Below, in pieces: positions 9,041 through 18,611 of a stretch of 64,000 bases of DNA. The position numbers and the translations under genes are program-made. Position 1 is the stretch's first letter. Every line of letters starts with the position of its first letter. The notes beneath the pieces are model-generated. The model was given only the letters and a program-made list of their open reading frames with translations, searched no databases and had not been told where the DNA came from. The stretch comes from Thermoleophilia bacterium UBA6103 (GTDB lineage Bacteria > Actinomycetota > Thermoleophilia > UBA2241): NCBI GenBank assembly GCA_002423545.1, contig DIWP01000046.1:32437-96436 (forward strand), given 5' to 3'.

Positions 9041-9705
9041 TCCCGCTCGATGAGGCGGTGGCGCGTGTCGAGTCCGGCATGACGCTCGCGATGGGCGGGT
9101 TCCTGGGTCAGGGCTCTCCGCTCACGTTGATCCGGTCCTTGCGCGACGGAGACGTCGAGGACCTGACGATCTACGCCAACGATGCCGGCTTCGGCGACGC
9201 CGGTATCGTCGAGCTCATCCGGGCAGGCAAGGTCAGGACGCTCTACTGCTGCCATGCCGGCTACACGCCGGCGGTGAACGAGGCGGTCGAGCGGGGACTG
9301 GTCGAGCTTGTGTGGACACCACAGGGCAACCTCATCGAGATGCTGCGCTGTGGCGGCGCCGGCCTCGGGGGGTTCCTCACGCCGACCGGTGTGGGCACCT
9401 CAGTCGCGGAGGGCAAGGAGCACGTCACGGTCGACGGCAAGGTCTACTTCTGGGAGCGCGCCGTGCGGGTCGACGTGGCACTCGTGCAGGCGCATGCCGG
9501 TGACACCCTGGGCAACCTTTGTCACCGCGGGACCGCCCGCAACTACAACCCGATCGTCGCGAGCTGCGCCGACTACGTGATCGCCGAGGTCGAGCACGTG
9601 TGCTGCCCGGGCGAGCTCGACCCGGAGAAGATCCAGACGTGCGGCGTCTTCGTGGACGCGGTGGTCCGTACGACCGGCGACAACGCGTCGCGGCACGCGG
9701 CGTAG
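9022..9705 (+). CDS. 3-oxoacid CoA-transferase subunit A (AtoD/ScoA family)
   Basis: Family I CoA-transferase alpha-subunit motifs (GMTLAMGGFLGQGSP, GNLIEMLRCGGAGLGGFLTPTGVGT). Confidence 0.85.
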   Translation: MPANKMIPLDEAVARVESGMTLAMGGFLGQGSPLTLIRSLRDGDVEDLTIYANDAGFGDAGIVELIRAGKVRTLYCCHAGYTPAVNEAVERGLVELVWTPQGNLIEMLRCGGAGLGGFLTPTGVGTSVAEGKEHVTVDGKVYFWERAVRVDVALVQAHAGDTLGNLCHRGTARNYNPIVASCADYVIAEVEHVCCPGELDPEKIQTCGVFVDAVVRTTGDNASRHAA

Positions 9706-9717
9706 GAGGAGGGTGCG

Positions 9718-10401
9718 ATGTCGGCCGGCTCGACCCGGGACACCAGGTGCACGATCGCCGCGCGGGCGGCTCGTGAGCTCAAGGACGGCGACGTCGTCAA
9801 CCTCGGCGCCGGCATCCCGATGCTGGTCGCCAACTACGTGCCGGACGGACGCGATGTCGTGATCCAGGCGGAGAACGGCATCGTGCGCTGTGGGCCGGTG
9901 TCGGCACCCGGCACGGAGGAGCCGGACCGGCGCAACGCCGGCAATCTGCCGGTCGAGCTTCTTCCGGGCGGCTGCTACGTCGACAGCGCCACCTCCTTCG
10001 GGATGATTCGCGGAGGGCACATCGACGCCACCATGATCGGCACGCTGCAGGTGGACGGCGACGGCGACATCGCCAACTGGCAGATGCCGGGGCGCAAGAT
10101 CGGCATGGGCGGCGCCATGGATCTGGTCGCCGGAGCCCGGCGCGTCTACGTGCTCACCGAACACTGCGCCAAAGACGGATCGCCGAAGCTCGTGGAGCGT
10201 TGCACCCTGCCGCTGACGGGTGCCGGCGAGTGCGATGTGCTCATCACGGAGCGCGCGCTGTTCCGCCGTTCACCCGAGCGGGGCTTTGTGCTGGAGGAGG
10301 TCGCGCGAGGCTATGCTCTCGACGACATCCGGAGCGCCACCGGCATGCGTTATGAGGTCGCCGAGGATGTGAGGCTGGAGGCCTACGGTCCGGCGAAGTG
10401 A
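9718..10401 (+). CDS. 3-oxoacid CoA-transferase subunit B (AtoA/ScoB family)
   Basis: Beta-subunit motifs (VNLGAGIPMLVANYVP, ENGIVRCGP, GGAMDLVAGARRVYVLTEH). Confidence 0.85.
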   Translation: MSAGSTRDTRCTIAARAARELKDGDVVNLGAGIPMLVANYVPDGRDVVIQAENGIVRCGPVSAPGTEEPDRRNAGNLPVELLPGGCYVDSATSFGMIRGGHIDATMIGTLQVDGDGDIANWQMPGRKIGMGGAMDLVAGARRVYVLTEHCAKDGSPKLVERCTLPLTGAGECDVLITERALFRRSPERGFVLEEVARGYALDDIRSATGMRYEVAEDVRLEAYGPAK

Positions 10402-10414
10402 CCCGTCTCCCCGT

Positions 10415-10426
10415 CCGCAGCTGCGG
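10415..10426 (+). terminator. 12-nt perfect palindrome CCGCAGCTGCGG 14 nt after the operon stop; possible terminator-like hairpin
   Basis: Seen directly after the ctfB stop (10399-10401). There is no U-tract, which is common in high-GC genomes. Confidence 0.2.
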
Positions 10427-10619
10427 GCAACCATCCCGGACCGCCCAGATGAATGCGGCATGTCCGACTGTCCCGCTCCCTGCCGGCCGCGCCGCCTGCC
10501 CGAGGCGGAAGCATCCACGCTCACCTCGATCCGGACCCGATGAGCGAGTTGCGGTGGCCGCGGGGTCTGCCGCTGTTGCGACGCGCGTTCGTCTCAGGAA
10601 GACTCGAAGAGACCTGCTG

Positions 10620-11090
10620 AAGGCCGGCGGCCGTCGTGGGCTGCGGAGTCCAGGCGCGGACCAGCCTCATGGCTCTCGTCGAGGAGATGCCATCGCTGGC
10701 GGAGGTGCGGTGCTACGACTTGTATCCGGAGGCGGCGCGCAGATTCGTAGCCGACATGGGAGCGACGTTCCCCGCACTGCGCTTCATCGTCTGCATGTCT
10801 GCCGCAGAGGCTGCGCGTCCGGCGGACGTGGTGGTCACCGCCGTCCCGATCGTCGTGGACCCCGCACCGACTCTGGATGGCGGGCAGCTCAAGGAAGGCG
10901 CTCTTGCATACCTGCGGTCATCACGGGCGATCTCGGCGAGCTGGCCGCCGGTCTGGCAGCCGGGCGCGAGAGCGACGCCGAGCGCATCTTCTGCATGAAC
11001 ATGGGCATCGCCGTCGACGATCTGGTGACGGCACGGATCCTCCACCAGCGCGCGTGCCAGCGAGGCGTCGGGGTCCGTCTGCCACTCTGA
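10620..11090 (+). pseudogene. Ornithine cyclodeaminase / mu-crystallin family gene remnant (5'-truncated, frameshifted, with an internal deletion)
   Basis: Frame 1 (10636..10998) encodes the Rossmann part (GCGVQARTSLMALVEEMPSLAEVRCYDLYPEAARRFVADM…AEAARPADVVVTAVP) but is preceded by an in-frame TGA at about 10617. The OCD C-terminus (ITGDLGELAAGLAAGRESDAERIFCMNMGIAVDDLVTARIL) is in a different frame (ORF 10398..11090). About 40 aa expected between the two parts are missing. Confidence 0.55.
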
Positions 11091-11232
11091 GCCGCCTGCT
11101 TCTTCGGTGCGCTCTTCCAGGTTGTAGACCGCCGCGTCTATCCTCTCTGCTCGGCTGTGGGTCCGGGTTCGCGCTCGGGGCCGCCAAGCTCCATGTGGGC
11201 GGCGGTCATCGACTCTGCTCCAGCGTGGGCGC

Positions 11233-12213
11233 TCACAGTCCCTTGTGCTTCGCAGAGTCGTCGCAGTGCGCCGCGGGGCCGGCGCCGTTGCGGCGGATCA
11301 GCTTGCGCATCACGGCATGTCCCACGAGGCCGGCCATGGCCGGGTTCTCGCGCATGCGTCGCTGGGAGTAGGCGGCCGCGTCGCTGCCGTAGGGCACGTA
11401 GATGCGCACTCTGTGCTCGCGTGCCAGTGTCCTTGCCAGGTCGCCTCTGACGCCGAGCAGCATCTGGAACTCGTAGGCATCGGGGGAGAGGCCGAGCTCC
11501 GAGACGGCTCGCAGCGCCTCCACGATCAGGTACTCGTCGTGCGTCGCGATGCCCACGTAGGAGCCTCGGCTGAGCAGGCGTCTGAGCATCTCGCAGAAGC
11601 TGGCGCGTATGGCGTCGTAGTCCTGCAGGCCCACGTCGGGCTTCTCGAGATAGATGCCCTTGCAGAGCCTGACGTTGGGCGTCAGGTCGGCGAGGGCCTG
11701 TACGTCCCCCAGGCTGCGCCAGAGCCTCGACTGAAGGACGACGCCGGTGCCGGTCAAGCCCGTGCTCCGCAGACGACGGTACAGAGCCAGCGTGGCGTCG
11801 GTGGTGGTGGCGTCTTCCATGTCGATGCGGACGAAGACCCCGAGCTCCGCTGCGTGCGTCAGCATCGCTGTGATGGCGGCCTCAGAGGCGTCCCAGTTCG
11901 TCGTACTGCCGAAGGCGCTCGGCTTGAGGCTGACGTTGGCATCGAGACGATCAGCCGTGATCGCCTCGAGCAGAGCCTTGTAGTCTGAGACGGTCATGTC
12001 GTTGCGCGACTCGTCCTCGACGCTCTCGCCGAGGATGTCGACCGTTGCGCACAGGCCGGCGCGGTTGAGGCCCTTCACGGTGCGCACTGCATCTTCGAGC
12101 CTGCTGCCGGCGATATACGGACTGGCAAGAGCCTTCACCACCGGTCCGGGGACGAGCGGAGCGGCCACCGAGACCATGCGGCCGAAAGCACCACCAGAGG
12201 CCGATCGCGTCAT
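11233..12213 (-). CDS. Proline dehydrogenase (monofunctional PutA-like)
   Basis: ProDH TIM-barrel motifs (VDILGESV, VSLKPSAFG, VRIDMEDA, RLCKGIY, GIATHDE, YEFQMLLGVR, RIYVPYG). Confidence 0.85.
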   Translation of the reverse strand: MTRSASGGAFGRMVSVAAPLVPGPVVKALASPYIAGSRLEDAVRTVKGLNRAGLCATVDILGESVEDESRNDMTVSDYKALLEAITADRLDANVSLKPSAFGSTTNWDASEAAITAMLTHAAELGVFVRIDMEDATTTDATLALYRRLRSTGLTGTGVVLQSRLWRSLGDVQALADLTPNVRLCKGIYLEKPDVGLQDYDAIRASFCEMLRRLLSRGSYVGIATHDEYLIVEALRAVSELGLSPDAYEFQMLLGVRGDLARTLAREHRVRIYVPYGSDAAAYSQRRMRENPAMAGLVGHAVMRKLIRRNGAGPAAHCDDSAKHKGL

Positions 12214-12601
12214 TGCTCGTCTCCCTCTTGCCCTTCGCCGCTTCAGTCAGGCGACATGAGACCCCGCGCCGACGGGAGCGCCGGCCCACCTCCGAACCGT
12301 CGGGGTCCTCACGTCAGACCGGGTGTCGGCGCCGCTCGCGTCCCCTGCGGCGTGCCGGAGGCGATGGGCCGTCCCGTCGCGTCACGCAGGTCCGGGGGGG
12401 CTGCTCGAGCGGCATCGCCGTCCTCGACCCTTGAGCAGCGTAGTGCCGGCCGTACGTCCCGACAACACAGGTTAGGCACTGGTACAAGCTGGGCTCTGGC
12501 GCAATCGCAGGCGTGGATCGGCACTTGCCGCCTGCCCAGGCACTCAGGAGATGCGAGGCGCCGGGCGCCACCGTTCGGCGGGGCCAGTATGATGACGACC
12601 G

Positions 12602-13786
12602 ATGGACCTCTTCGAGTGGCACGGCAAGCGTCTGTTCGCGGCGGCCGGCATCCCGGTGCCGCGTGGCAGCGTGGCGCGCACCGTCGACGAGGCGTGTGCA
12701 GCGGCGGCGACGCTGGGGTTCCCGGTCGTCGTCAAGGCGCAGGTACTCACCGGCGGTCGCGGCAAGGCCGGCGGCGTGCGCACCGCCGGCAGCACCGGCG
12801 AGCTCGCCGCGGTCGCCCGGCACATCCTCGATCTGACCATCCGCGGCTTCGCGGTAGACGCGCTGCTCATCGAGGCGGCGCTGGCCATCCGTCACGAGCT
12901 CTACCTGGCTGTGACCCTCGACAGGCGCCGGCGCCGGCCGCTGCTGCTCATCTCGGCCGAGGGCGGCATGGACATCGAGCAGGTCGCGCGCGAGCATCCG
13001 GGCTCGCTGTTCAAGGCGCCGCTCGATCCGCTTCTGGAGCCGTCGCAGGCGGTGCACGATGGTGCGTGGGAGGCTCTCTCCGGAGCTGCCGCCGCGGCGC
13101 GGCTCGACGGCCGCCTGCGCGACGATCTGGTGGACCTTGCGACGGCCGTCTACCGCCTCTACCGCGACCACGACGCGACGCTCATCGAGCTGAATCCTCT
13201 GGCGGTAGTCGAAGGCGACGGCGACGGCGACGGCCACGGCGTTCGTCTCATGGCGCTCGACGCCAAGGTGACCGTCGACGACAACGCTCTGTTCCGGCAG
13301 CCGGACCTGGCGGCCTGGCGCACCGGCGAGGACGAGCGCGAGCGGCGGGCACGTGAGGCCGGCGTCACCTACGTGACGCTCGACGGCGACGTGGGCGTCA
13401 TCGGCAACGGCGCCGGCCTCGTCATGAGTACCCTCGACCTGATCGCCGCGGCCGGCGGTCGGGCGGCCAATTTCTGCGACATCGGCGGCGGCGCGCGGGC
13501 CGATCAGATCGCCGCCGCCCTGCAGATAGTCACCGCCGACGAGCGCGTGCGCGGCCTGCTGGTCAACGTGTTCGGCGGCATCACCCGCGGCGACGAGGTC
13601 GCGCGCGGTCTGCTCGCGGGTCTTCGGCAGCTCTCCGATCGGTCGCTGCCGATGGTCGTCCGTCTCGATGGCAACAACGCGGCCGCCGGGCGCGCGCTGC
13701 TGGCGGCCGAGCGCCCCGGTCTGGCTGTCATGGAGACCCCGTGGGACGCCGTGCAGCGGGTCGTCTCCCTGGTGGCGGAGGGCTGA
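12602..13786 (+). CDS. sucC: Succinyl-CoA synthetase (or related NDP-forming acyl-CoA ligase) beta subunit
   Basis: [20 protein letters not shown]…[21 protein letters not shown]…[15 protein letters not shown]…CDIGGGA. Contains an unusual [10 protein letters not shown] low-complexity insertion. Confidence 0.8.
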   Translation: MDLFEWHGKRLFAAAGIPVPRGSVARTVDEACAAAATLGFPVVVKAQVLTGGRGKAGGVRTAGSTGELAAVARHILDLTIRGFAVDALLIEAALAIRHELYLAVTLDRRRRRPLLLISAEGGMDIEQVAREHPGSLFKAPLDPLLEPSQAVHDGAWEALSGAAAAARLDGRLRDDLVDLATAVYRLYRDHDATLIELNPLAVVEGDGDGDGHGVRLMALDAKVTVDDNALFRQPDLAAWRTGEDERERRAREAGVTYVTLDGDVGVIGNGAGLVMSTLDLIAAAGGRAANFCDIGGGARADQIAAALQIVTADERVRGLLVNVFGGITRGDEVARGLLAGLRQLSDRSLPMVVRLDGNNAAAGRALLAAERPGLAVMETPWDAVQRVVSLVAEG

Positions 13787-13787
13787 C

Positions 13788-14738
13788 GTGGCGATCCTGG
13801 TCGACGAAGGCAGCCGCGTCCTGGTGCAGGGCATCACCGGGCGGGAGGGCACGTTCCATACGGAGCGCATGCTGGCCGCCGACACCCGCATCGTGGCCGG
13901 CGTTACGCCGGGCAAGGGTGGCAGCACGGTGCACGAGGTGCCGGTTTTTGGGACCGTCCAGGAGGCGGTGGCCGCGACCGGCGCCGATGTCGCCGTCGCC
14001 TTTGTTCCGGCTCGCTTCGCCAAGGCGGCCGCCCTGGAGTCGGCCGACGCCGGCATACGGCTCGCGGTGCTCATCACCGAAGGCATCCCGGTGCGCGACA
14101 TGGTCGAGCTGACCGCCGAGCTGGAGGGCTTCGGCCTCGACGAGATCCAGCGCCGGGCGCTGGGCCGACGCGACCCCGACGCAGCGGATGAGCCGGTCGC
14201 GTCACGCGGCGGCATGACGCTCGTGGGTCCCAACTGCCCGGGAGTGGTCTCGCCGGGCGCCTGCAACGTCGGCATCATGGCCGCCGACATCTTCCTGCCC
14301 GGTGGCGTCGGCGTGGTTTCGCGCAGCGGCACGTTGACCTACGAGATCGTTGGTGGCCTCACGCGGCTCGGTATCGGCCAGTCGACCTGCGTCGGCATGG
14401 GCGGCGACCCGGTCCACGGCGTGGGCTTCCTGGAATGCCTCGAGTTGTTCGAAGCCGACCCGCAGACCGAGGCGGTGGTGCTGGTCGGCGAGATCGGCGG
14501 CGACGACGAGGAGCGCGCCGCTGCGTACGCTGCCGAGCACCTCACGAAGCCGGTGGTCGCCTACCTCGCCGGCTTCACCGCGCCGCCCGGCAAGCGCATG
14601 GGGCATGCGGGGGCCATCGTCTCCGGCGCCGGCGGCACGGCGGCCGCCAAGGCCGAGGCGCTCGAGGCGGCCGGCATCCCGGTGGCGCGGCGTCCCGATG
14701 AGGTACCGGGTCTGGTGGCCGCGGCACTCGGCCGCTGA
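13788..14738 (+). CDS. sucD: Succinyl-CoA synthetase alpha subunit
   Basis: GTG at 13788, in frame with ORF 13668..14738, 1 nt after the sucC stop. Motifs: [53 protein letters not shown]. There is a roughly 25-30 aa insertion ([31 protein letters not shown]) before the GPNCPG loop. Confidence 0.85.
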   Translation: MAILVDEGSRVLVQGITGREGTFHTERMLAADTRIVAGVTPGKGGSTVHEVPVFGTVQEAVAATGADVAVAFVPARFAKAAALESADAGIRLAVLITEGIPVRDMVELTAELEGFGLDEIQRRALGRRDPDAADEPVASRGGMTLVGPNCPGVVSPGACNVGIMAADIFLPGGVGVVSRSGTLTYEIVGGLTRLGIGQSTCVGMGGDPVHGVGFLECLELFEADPQTEAVVLVGEIGGDDEERAAAYAAEHLTKPVVAYLAGFTAPPGKRMGHAGAIVSGAGGTAAAKAEALEAAGIPVARRPDEVPGLVAAALGR

Positions 14739-14879
14739 CCGTAGCGCGTCCGGGAGCCCCCGAAGGGTCTGCGACCCGCGGGCACGCATCGACCGCTTCA
14801 CGGCGGGCCCCGGGGTCCTCGATGGCTCTGCAGCCCGAGGCCACCCACCGACCGCCTCGCGCTCGCAGGACCGAGGCGC

Positions 14880-15554
14880 GTGCTTGTGCTAGCCTTCATG
14901 CTTCGAGCAGCGTCCATCCAGGACGTGCGGGATCGGGGGACAGATGATCGAGCGCGGCGACCGATGAGCAGTCGCACAGGGGGCCAGGCGGCGAAGCGGC
15001 GTACCGCCGGACGTGGCTCTGCGGCGCGGGCGTCGTCGCCGAAGGCACCGGTGAAGATCACCGGCACGCTCTCCAACCTGCTCCTGATCGGACTCGGCCT
15101 GCACGGTGTCGGGATCGTCGGGACCTGTCTCGCCATCGGCATCGCCCTGCGTTCGGCCGGCGACAAGCTGCCGGTGGGTGAGAAGATCTCGTTCCCGCTG
15201 CTGCTTCTCATCGTGGTGCTCGGCACCTACATCTGCTTCGCAAGCGTGCACGGGGCGGCGCTCTACCTGATCCGCCGTGGCGGGAACGAGCAGGGACTCA
15301 CCATGATGGCGTTCGGCGGCGGGGTGCTCGCCATCGCCACGATAGCGGGCGGCTTCTACGCTTTCGGCGAGCGGTTCTTCATGCTCGGTGCGGCGGCGGC
15401 GTATGCGGTGCCCTATTCGCTGGCGCCGCTGATCGTGGGGCTGCCGACCACCGCCGCTGCCGCCGTGCTGGCGTTCCGCCAGAGACGCGGCGGCTCGGGC
15501 AGCCGCTCGGGCAGCCGGTCGCAGCGCGCCCAGCAGCCGCGCCTGCTGCGCTGA
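14880..15554 (+). CDS. Hypothetical membrane protein (about 4 predicted TM helices); start uncertain, possibly Met at 14964
   Basis: Hydrophobic segments (LLLIGLGLHGVGIVGTCLAIGIAL, FPLLLLIVVLGTYICFASV, GGVLAIATIAGGFYAF, AAAAYAVPYSLAPLIVGL). No family recognised. Confidence 0.4.
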   Translation: MLVLAFMLRAASIQDVRDRGTDDRARRPMSSRTGGQAAKRRTAGRGSAARASSPKAPVKITGTLSNLLLIGLGLHGVGIVGTCLAIGIALRSAGDKLPVGEKISFPLLLLIVVLGTYICFASVHGAALYLIRRGGNEQGLTMMAFGGGVLAIATIAGGFYAFGERFFMLGAAAAYAVPYSLAPLIVGLPTTAAAAVLAFRQRRGGSGSRSGSRSQRAQQPRLLR

Positions 15555-15783
15555 AGGCCGGCCCTTGCGCCGACCGGCCGACCTGCGCTGATTGGCCAAT
15601 CGCCCCCGCCGCGTCTGCCGGTGTGGTGCATCGCCCGCCCTTTCGTCCTCGAGCGAGCGTGTGCTAGCGTTCAAAGGCTTCAGGGTAGGAGCCGCGAAGC
15701 GCCACAGCACCGGCAAGCTTGCATGCGGACGGCCGTGGCCGCCGCTCCGCGGACTATCGGCGTCGAACAGGGAGGAGACCCCC

Positions 15784-17673
15784 ATGCCCCAGCCAGAGCA
15801 CCAGCCCACCGTCGAGGAGCTCAAGGCCAAGGCCTACCAGCCCATGGAAGACGCCACGGTCCTGCATCCGTTCTACAAGGGCAAGATCGAGACCACGCTC
15901 AAGTGCTGCGTGCGCGACTTCCAGGACTTCGGCATCTGGTACACGCCCGGCGTCTCGGCTCCCTGTCTGGAGATCAAGGACGACCCCGAGAAGATCTACG
16001 AGCACACCAACAAGTGGAACACGGTGGCGGTCATCAGCGACGGCACCCGCGTTCTCGGCATGGGAGACATCGGCCCCAAGGCCGGCATGCCGGTCATGGA
16101 GGGCAAGAGCCTGCTCTACAAGTACCTGGGCGGCGTCGACGGCTTTCCGCTGATGGTGGACACGAAGGATCCCGACCGCTTCATCGAGTTCGTCAAGCTC
16201 GTCCAGCCGGGCCTCGGCGGCGTCAACCTGGAAGACATCGCCCAGCCCAAGTGCTTCCGCATCCTCGACACGCTGCGCGAGGAGTGCGAGATCCCGGTCT
16301 GGCACGACGACCAGCAGGGCACCGCCTGCGTCACCTTGGCCGGCCTCATCAACGCTCTCAAGGTCACCGGCAAGAAGATCGACGAGATCAGGATCGCCTT
16401 CATCGGCTCGGGGGCGGCCAACGTGGCCATCAGCCGCCTCATCTTCCACTACGGCGCCCGCCCCGAGCTGGCCCGCGTCTGCGACTCCAAGGGCATCCTG
16501 CACAAGGGCCGCAGCGACATCGAGGCCGTCAAGGACGAGTGGGTCGACAAGTGGAAGTACTGCCAGATCACCAATGAGGAGCAGCGGACCGGCAGCATCG
16601 CCGAAGCCCTGGCCGGCGCCGACGTCTGCATCGCCCTCTCCAAGCAGGGTCCGGACACCATCGTGCCGGAGTGGATCAAGGGCATGAGCCCCGACCCGAT
16701 CGTCTTCCTGTGTTCCAACCCGATTCCCGAGATGTGGCCCTGGGATGCGCTGGAGGCGGGCGCCGCGGTGGTCGCCACCGGCCGCTCCGACTTCCCCAAC
16801 CAGGTCAACAACAGCCTCGGGTTCCCCGGCATCTTCCGCGGCACCCTCGATGTGCGCGCCAAGACGATCACCGACGAGATGTGCATCGCCGCCGCCGAGG
16901 AACTCGCCAGGCTGGCCGAGGAACAGGGCCTGCGGCCCGACTACATCATGCCGACCATGGACGACTGGGAGGTCTTCCCGCGCGAGGCCGCCGCGGTGGC
17001 CATGAAGGCGGTCGAGCAGGGCGTGGCGCTGCGCACCGACATCACCTACGAGCAGGAGAAGGCCGAGGCCACAGAGATCATCGCCCGGGCCCGCGGCCTG
17101 GTGCAGGACGCCGAGGCGCTCGGCTACATCAAGATGCCGAAGGGCAGCAAGCCGCCGGCGCCGACGAAGCAGGCTGTGCGGGCGGTCGGGCGCGGCGTGG
17201 CGGCCGATGCCCGGGCCAAGGGCACCGCCGCCGCCGACGAGGCGCGCGAACGCGGCAAGCAGCTGCTGGCCGACGCGCGCGAGCAGGCCAAGCGGATCGT
17301 CGCCGAGGCCCGCTCGGAGGCCCGCCGTGCCGGCGGCGACGCACGCACCCAGGCGCGGGCCGACGCCCGGCAGGTCGTCGCCGACGCCAGGCACGAGGCC
17401 ACGGAGATCGTCGACGAAGCGGTCCACCACGCCAGCGAGACCATGGACGAGGCTCACGTGAAGGCGCGCGAGCTGGTGCAGGAGGCGGTGGCCGAGGCCA
17501 GGCGGATCACCCAGGAGGCGCAGAAGACGCTCGGCAAGTCGGCCGAGGCGGCCGCCGAGAAGGGCAAGCAGGTCGCCAAGGAGGCCAAGGCCGCCGCCAA
17601 GGAGGCCGCCAAGCAGGCGAAGAAGGCGCGCGCCAAGGCCAAGGACAAGAAGAAGGGCAAGAAGGGCAAGTAA
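15784..17673 (+). CDS. NAD(P)-dependent malic enzyme with about 190-aa C-terminal Ala/Glu/Lys/Arg-rich extension
   Basis: ATG at 15784 is preceded by GGAGGAG. Malic-enzyme motifs (VLHPFYKGKIETTLKC, GIWYTPGVSAPC, VISDGTRVLGMGDIGPKAGMPVMEGKSLLYK, FIGSGAANVAI). From about nt 17170 there is a low-complexity helical tail ending in KKARAKAKDKKKGKKGK. Confidence 0.85.
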   Translation: MPQPEHQPTVEELKAKAYQPMEDATVLHPFYKGKIETTLKCCVRDFQDFGIWYTPGVSAPCLEIKDDPEKIYEHTNKWNTVAVISDGTRVLGMGDIGPKAGMPVMEGKSLLYKYLGGVDGFPLMVDTKDPDRFIEFVKLVQPGLGGVNLEDIAQPKCFRILDTLREECEIPVWHDDQQGTACVTLAGLINALKVTGKKIDEIRIAFIGSGAANVAISRLIFHYGARPELARVCDSKGILHKGRSDIEAVKDEWVDKWKYCQITNEEQRTGSIAEALAGADVCIALSKQGPDTIVPEWIKGMSPDPIVFLCSNPIPEMWPWDALEAGAAVVATGRSDFPNQVNNSLGFPGIFRGTLDVRAKTITDEMCIAAAEELARLAEEQGLRPDYIMPTMDDWEVFPREAAAVAMKAVEQGVALRTDITYEQEKAEATEIIARARGLVQDAEALGYIKMPKGSKPPAPTKQAVRAVGRGVAADARAKGTAAADEARERGKQLLADAREQAKRIVAEARSEARRAGGDARTQARADARQVVADARHEATEIVDEAVHHASETMDEAHVKARELVQEAVAEARRITQEAQKTLGKSAEAAAEKGKQVAKEAKAAAKEAAKQAKKARAKAKDKKKGKKGK

Positions 17674-17739
17674 GGCCCGCGCGCCACCCCGTACGACCAG
17701 ATGGCCGACGCCGACCGTCGGCCGCAGGAGGTGATCGCG

Positions 17740-18591
17740 ATGCCCGTCAGAGAGGTCGACGTCGCCGACGTGACGGCGGCCATCGAGCGCCTCTGCAAGG
17801 AGGCCAACTACGACCTGCCCAAGGACGTCTACGCGGCGCTCGAGGCGGCCAAGAAGACGGAGGAGTCGCCGGTAGGCCGGGCCGTGCTCGACCAGCTCAC
17901 CGAGAACGCGGACATCGCCGCTCGCGACCGCGTGCCCATCTGTCAGGACACCGGCTACGCGGTGCTGTTCATCGACGTCGGGCAAGACGTGCACTTCACC
18001 GGCGGCGGCTTCGAGGACGCGGTGCACGAAGGCGTACGCCGCGGCTACACCGAGGGCTACCTGCGCAAGAGCGTGGTCGAACAGCCGGCGCACGCCCGGG
18101 CCAACACGAAAGACAACACGCCGGCCGTGATCCACACGCGGATAGTGCCCGGCGGCGGAGTCCGCATCCTCTTCATGCCGAAGGGCGGCGGCGCCGAGAA
18201 CATGAGCAGCCTGAACATGCTCAAGCCGGCGCAGGGCGTGCAGGGGGTCATCGACGCGGTCGTCGAGACGGTCTCGAAGGCCGGCTCCAACCCCTGTCCG
18301 CCGGTGGTCATCGGCGTCGGCATCGGCGGTAGCATCGACATGGTCACGGTGCTGGCCAAGAAGGCGCTGGCCCGCGAGATCGGCTCACGGCATCCCGACC
18401 CGCGGCTGGCCGAGCTGGAGGACGAGCTGCTGCGCCGCATCAACGCGCTGGGCATCGGTCCGCAGGGTCTGGGCGGCACCACCACCGCCCTGGCCGTGTT
18501 CATCGAGGAGATGCCGAGCCACATCGCCAGCATGCCGATGGCGGTCAACGTGCAGTGCCACGCGCAGCGCCACGTGGTGGCGGAGCTCTGA
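17740..18591 (+). CDS. Class I fumarate hydratase (or L(+)-tartrate dehydratase), alpha / N-terminal-domain subunit
   Basis: FumA-N / TtdA motifs (PICQDTGYAVLFIDVG, ILFMPKGGGAENMS, VVIGVGIGGS). Start taken as the internal Met (MPVREVD); 17701 is also possible. Confidence 0.8.
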   Translation: MPVREVDVADVTAAIERLCKEANYDLPKDVYAALEAAKKTEESPVGRAVLDQLTENADIAARDRVPICQDTGYAVLFIDVGQDVHFTGGGFEDAVHEGVRRGYTEGYLRKSVVEQPAHARANTKDNTPAVIHTRIVPGGGVRILFMPKGGGAENMSSLNMLKPAQGVQGVIDAVVETVSKAGSNPCPPVVIGVGIGGSIDMVTVLAKKALAREIGSRHPDPRLAELEDELLRRINALGIGPQGLGGTTTALAVFIEEMPSHIASMPMAVNVQCHAQRHVVAEL

Positions 18592-18611
18592 AGCGACGCG
18601 GGAGGAGTGAG

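Noticed and set aside
12314-14332. 672-aa ORF on the minus strand
   Set aside because: It lies antisense to clear SucC and SucD homologs. Its translation is Pro/Ala/Ser/Arg-rich with no motifs. Long antisense ORFs are expected at about 72% GC.
15754-18135. 793-aa ORF on the minus strand
   Set aside because: Antisense to the malic enzyme and fumarase alpha genes, with low-complexity Gly/Leu/Arg-rich translation. A GC-frame artefact.
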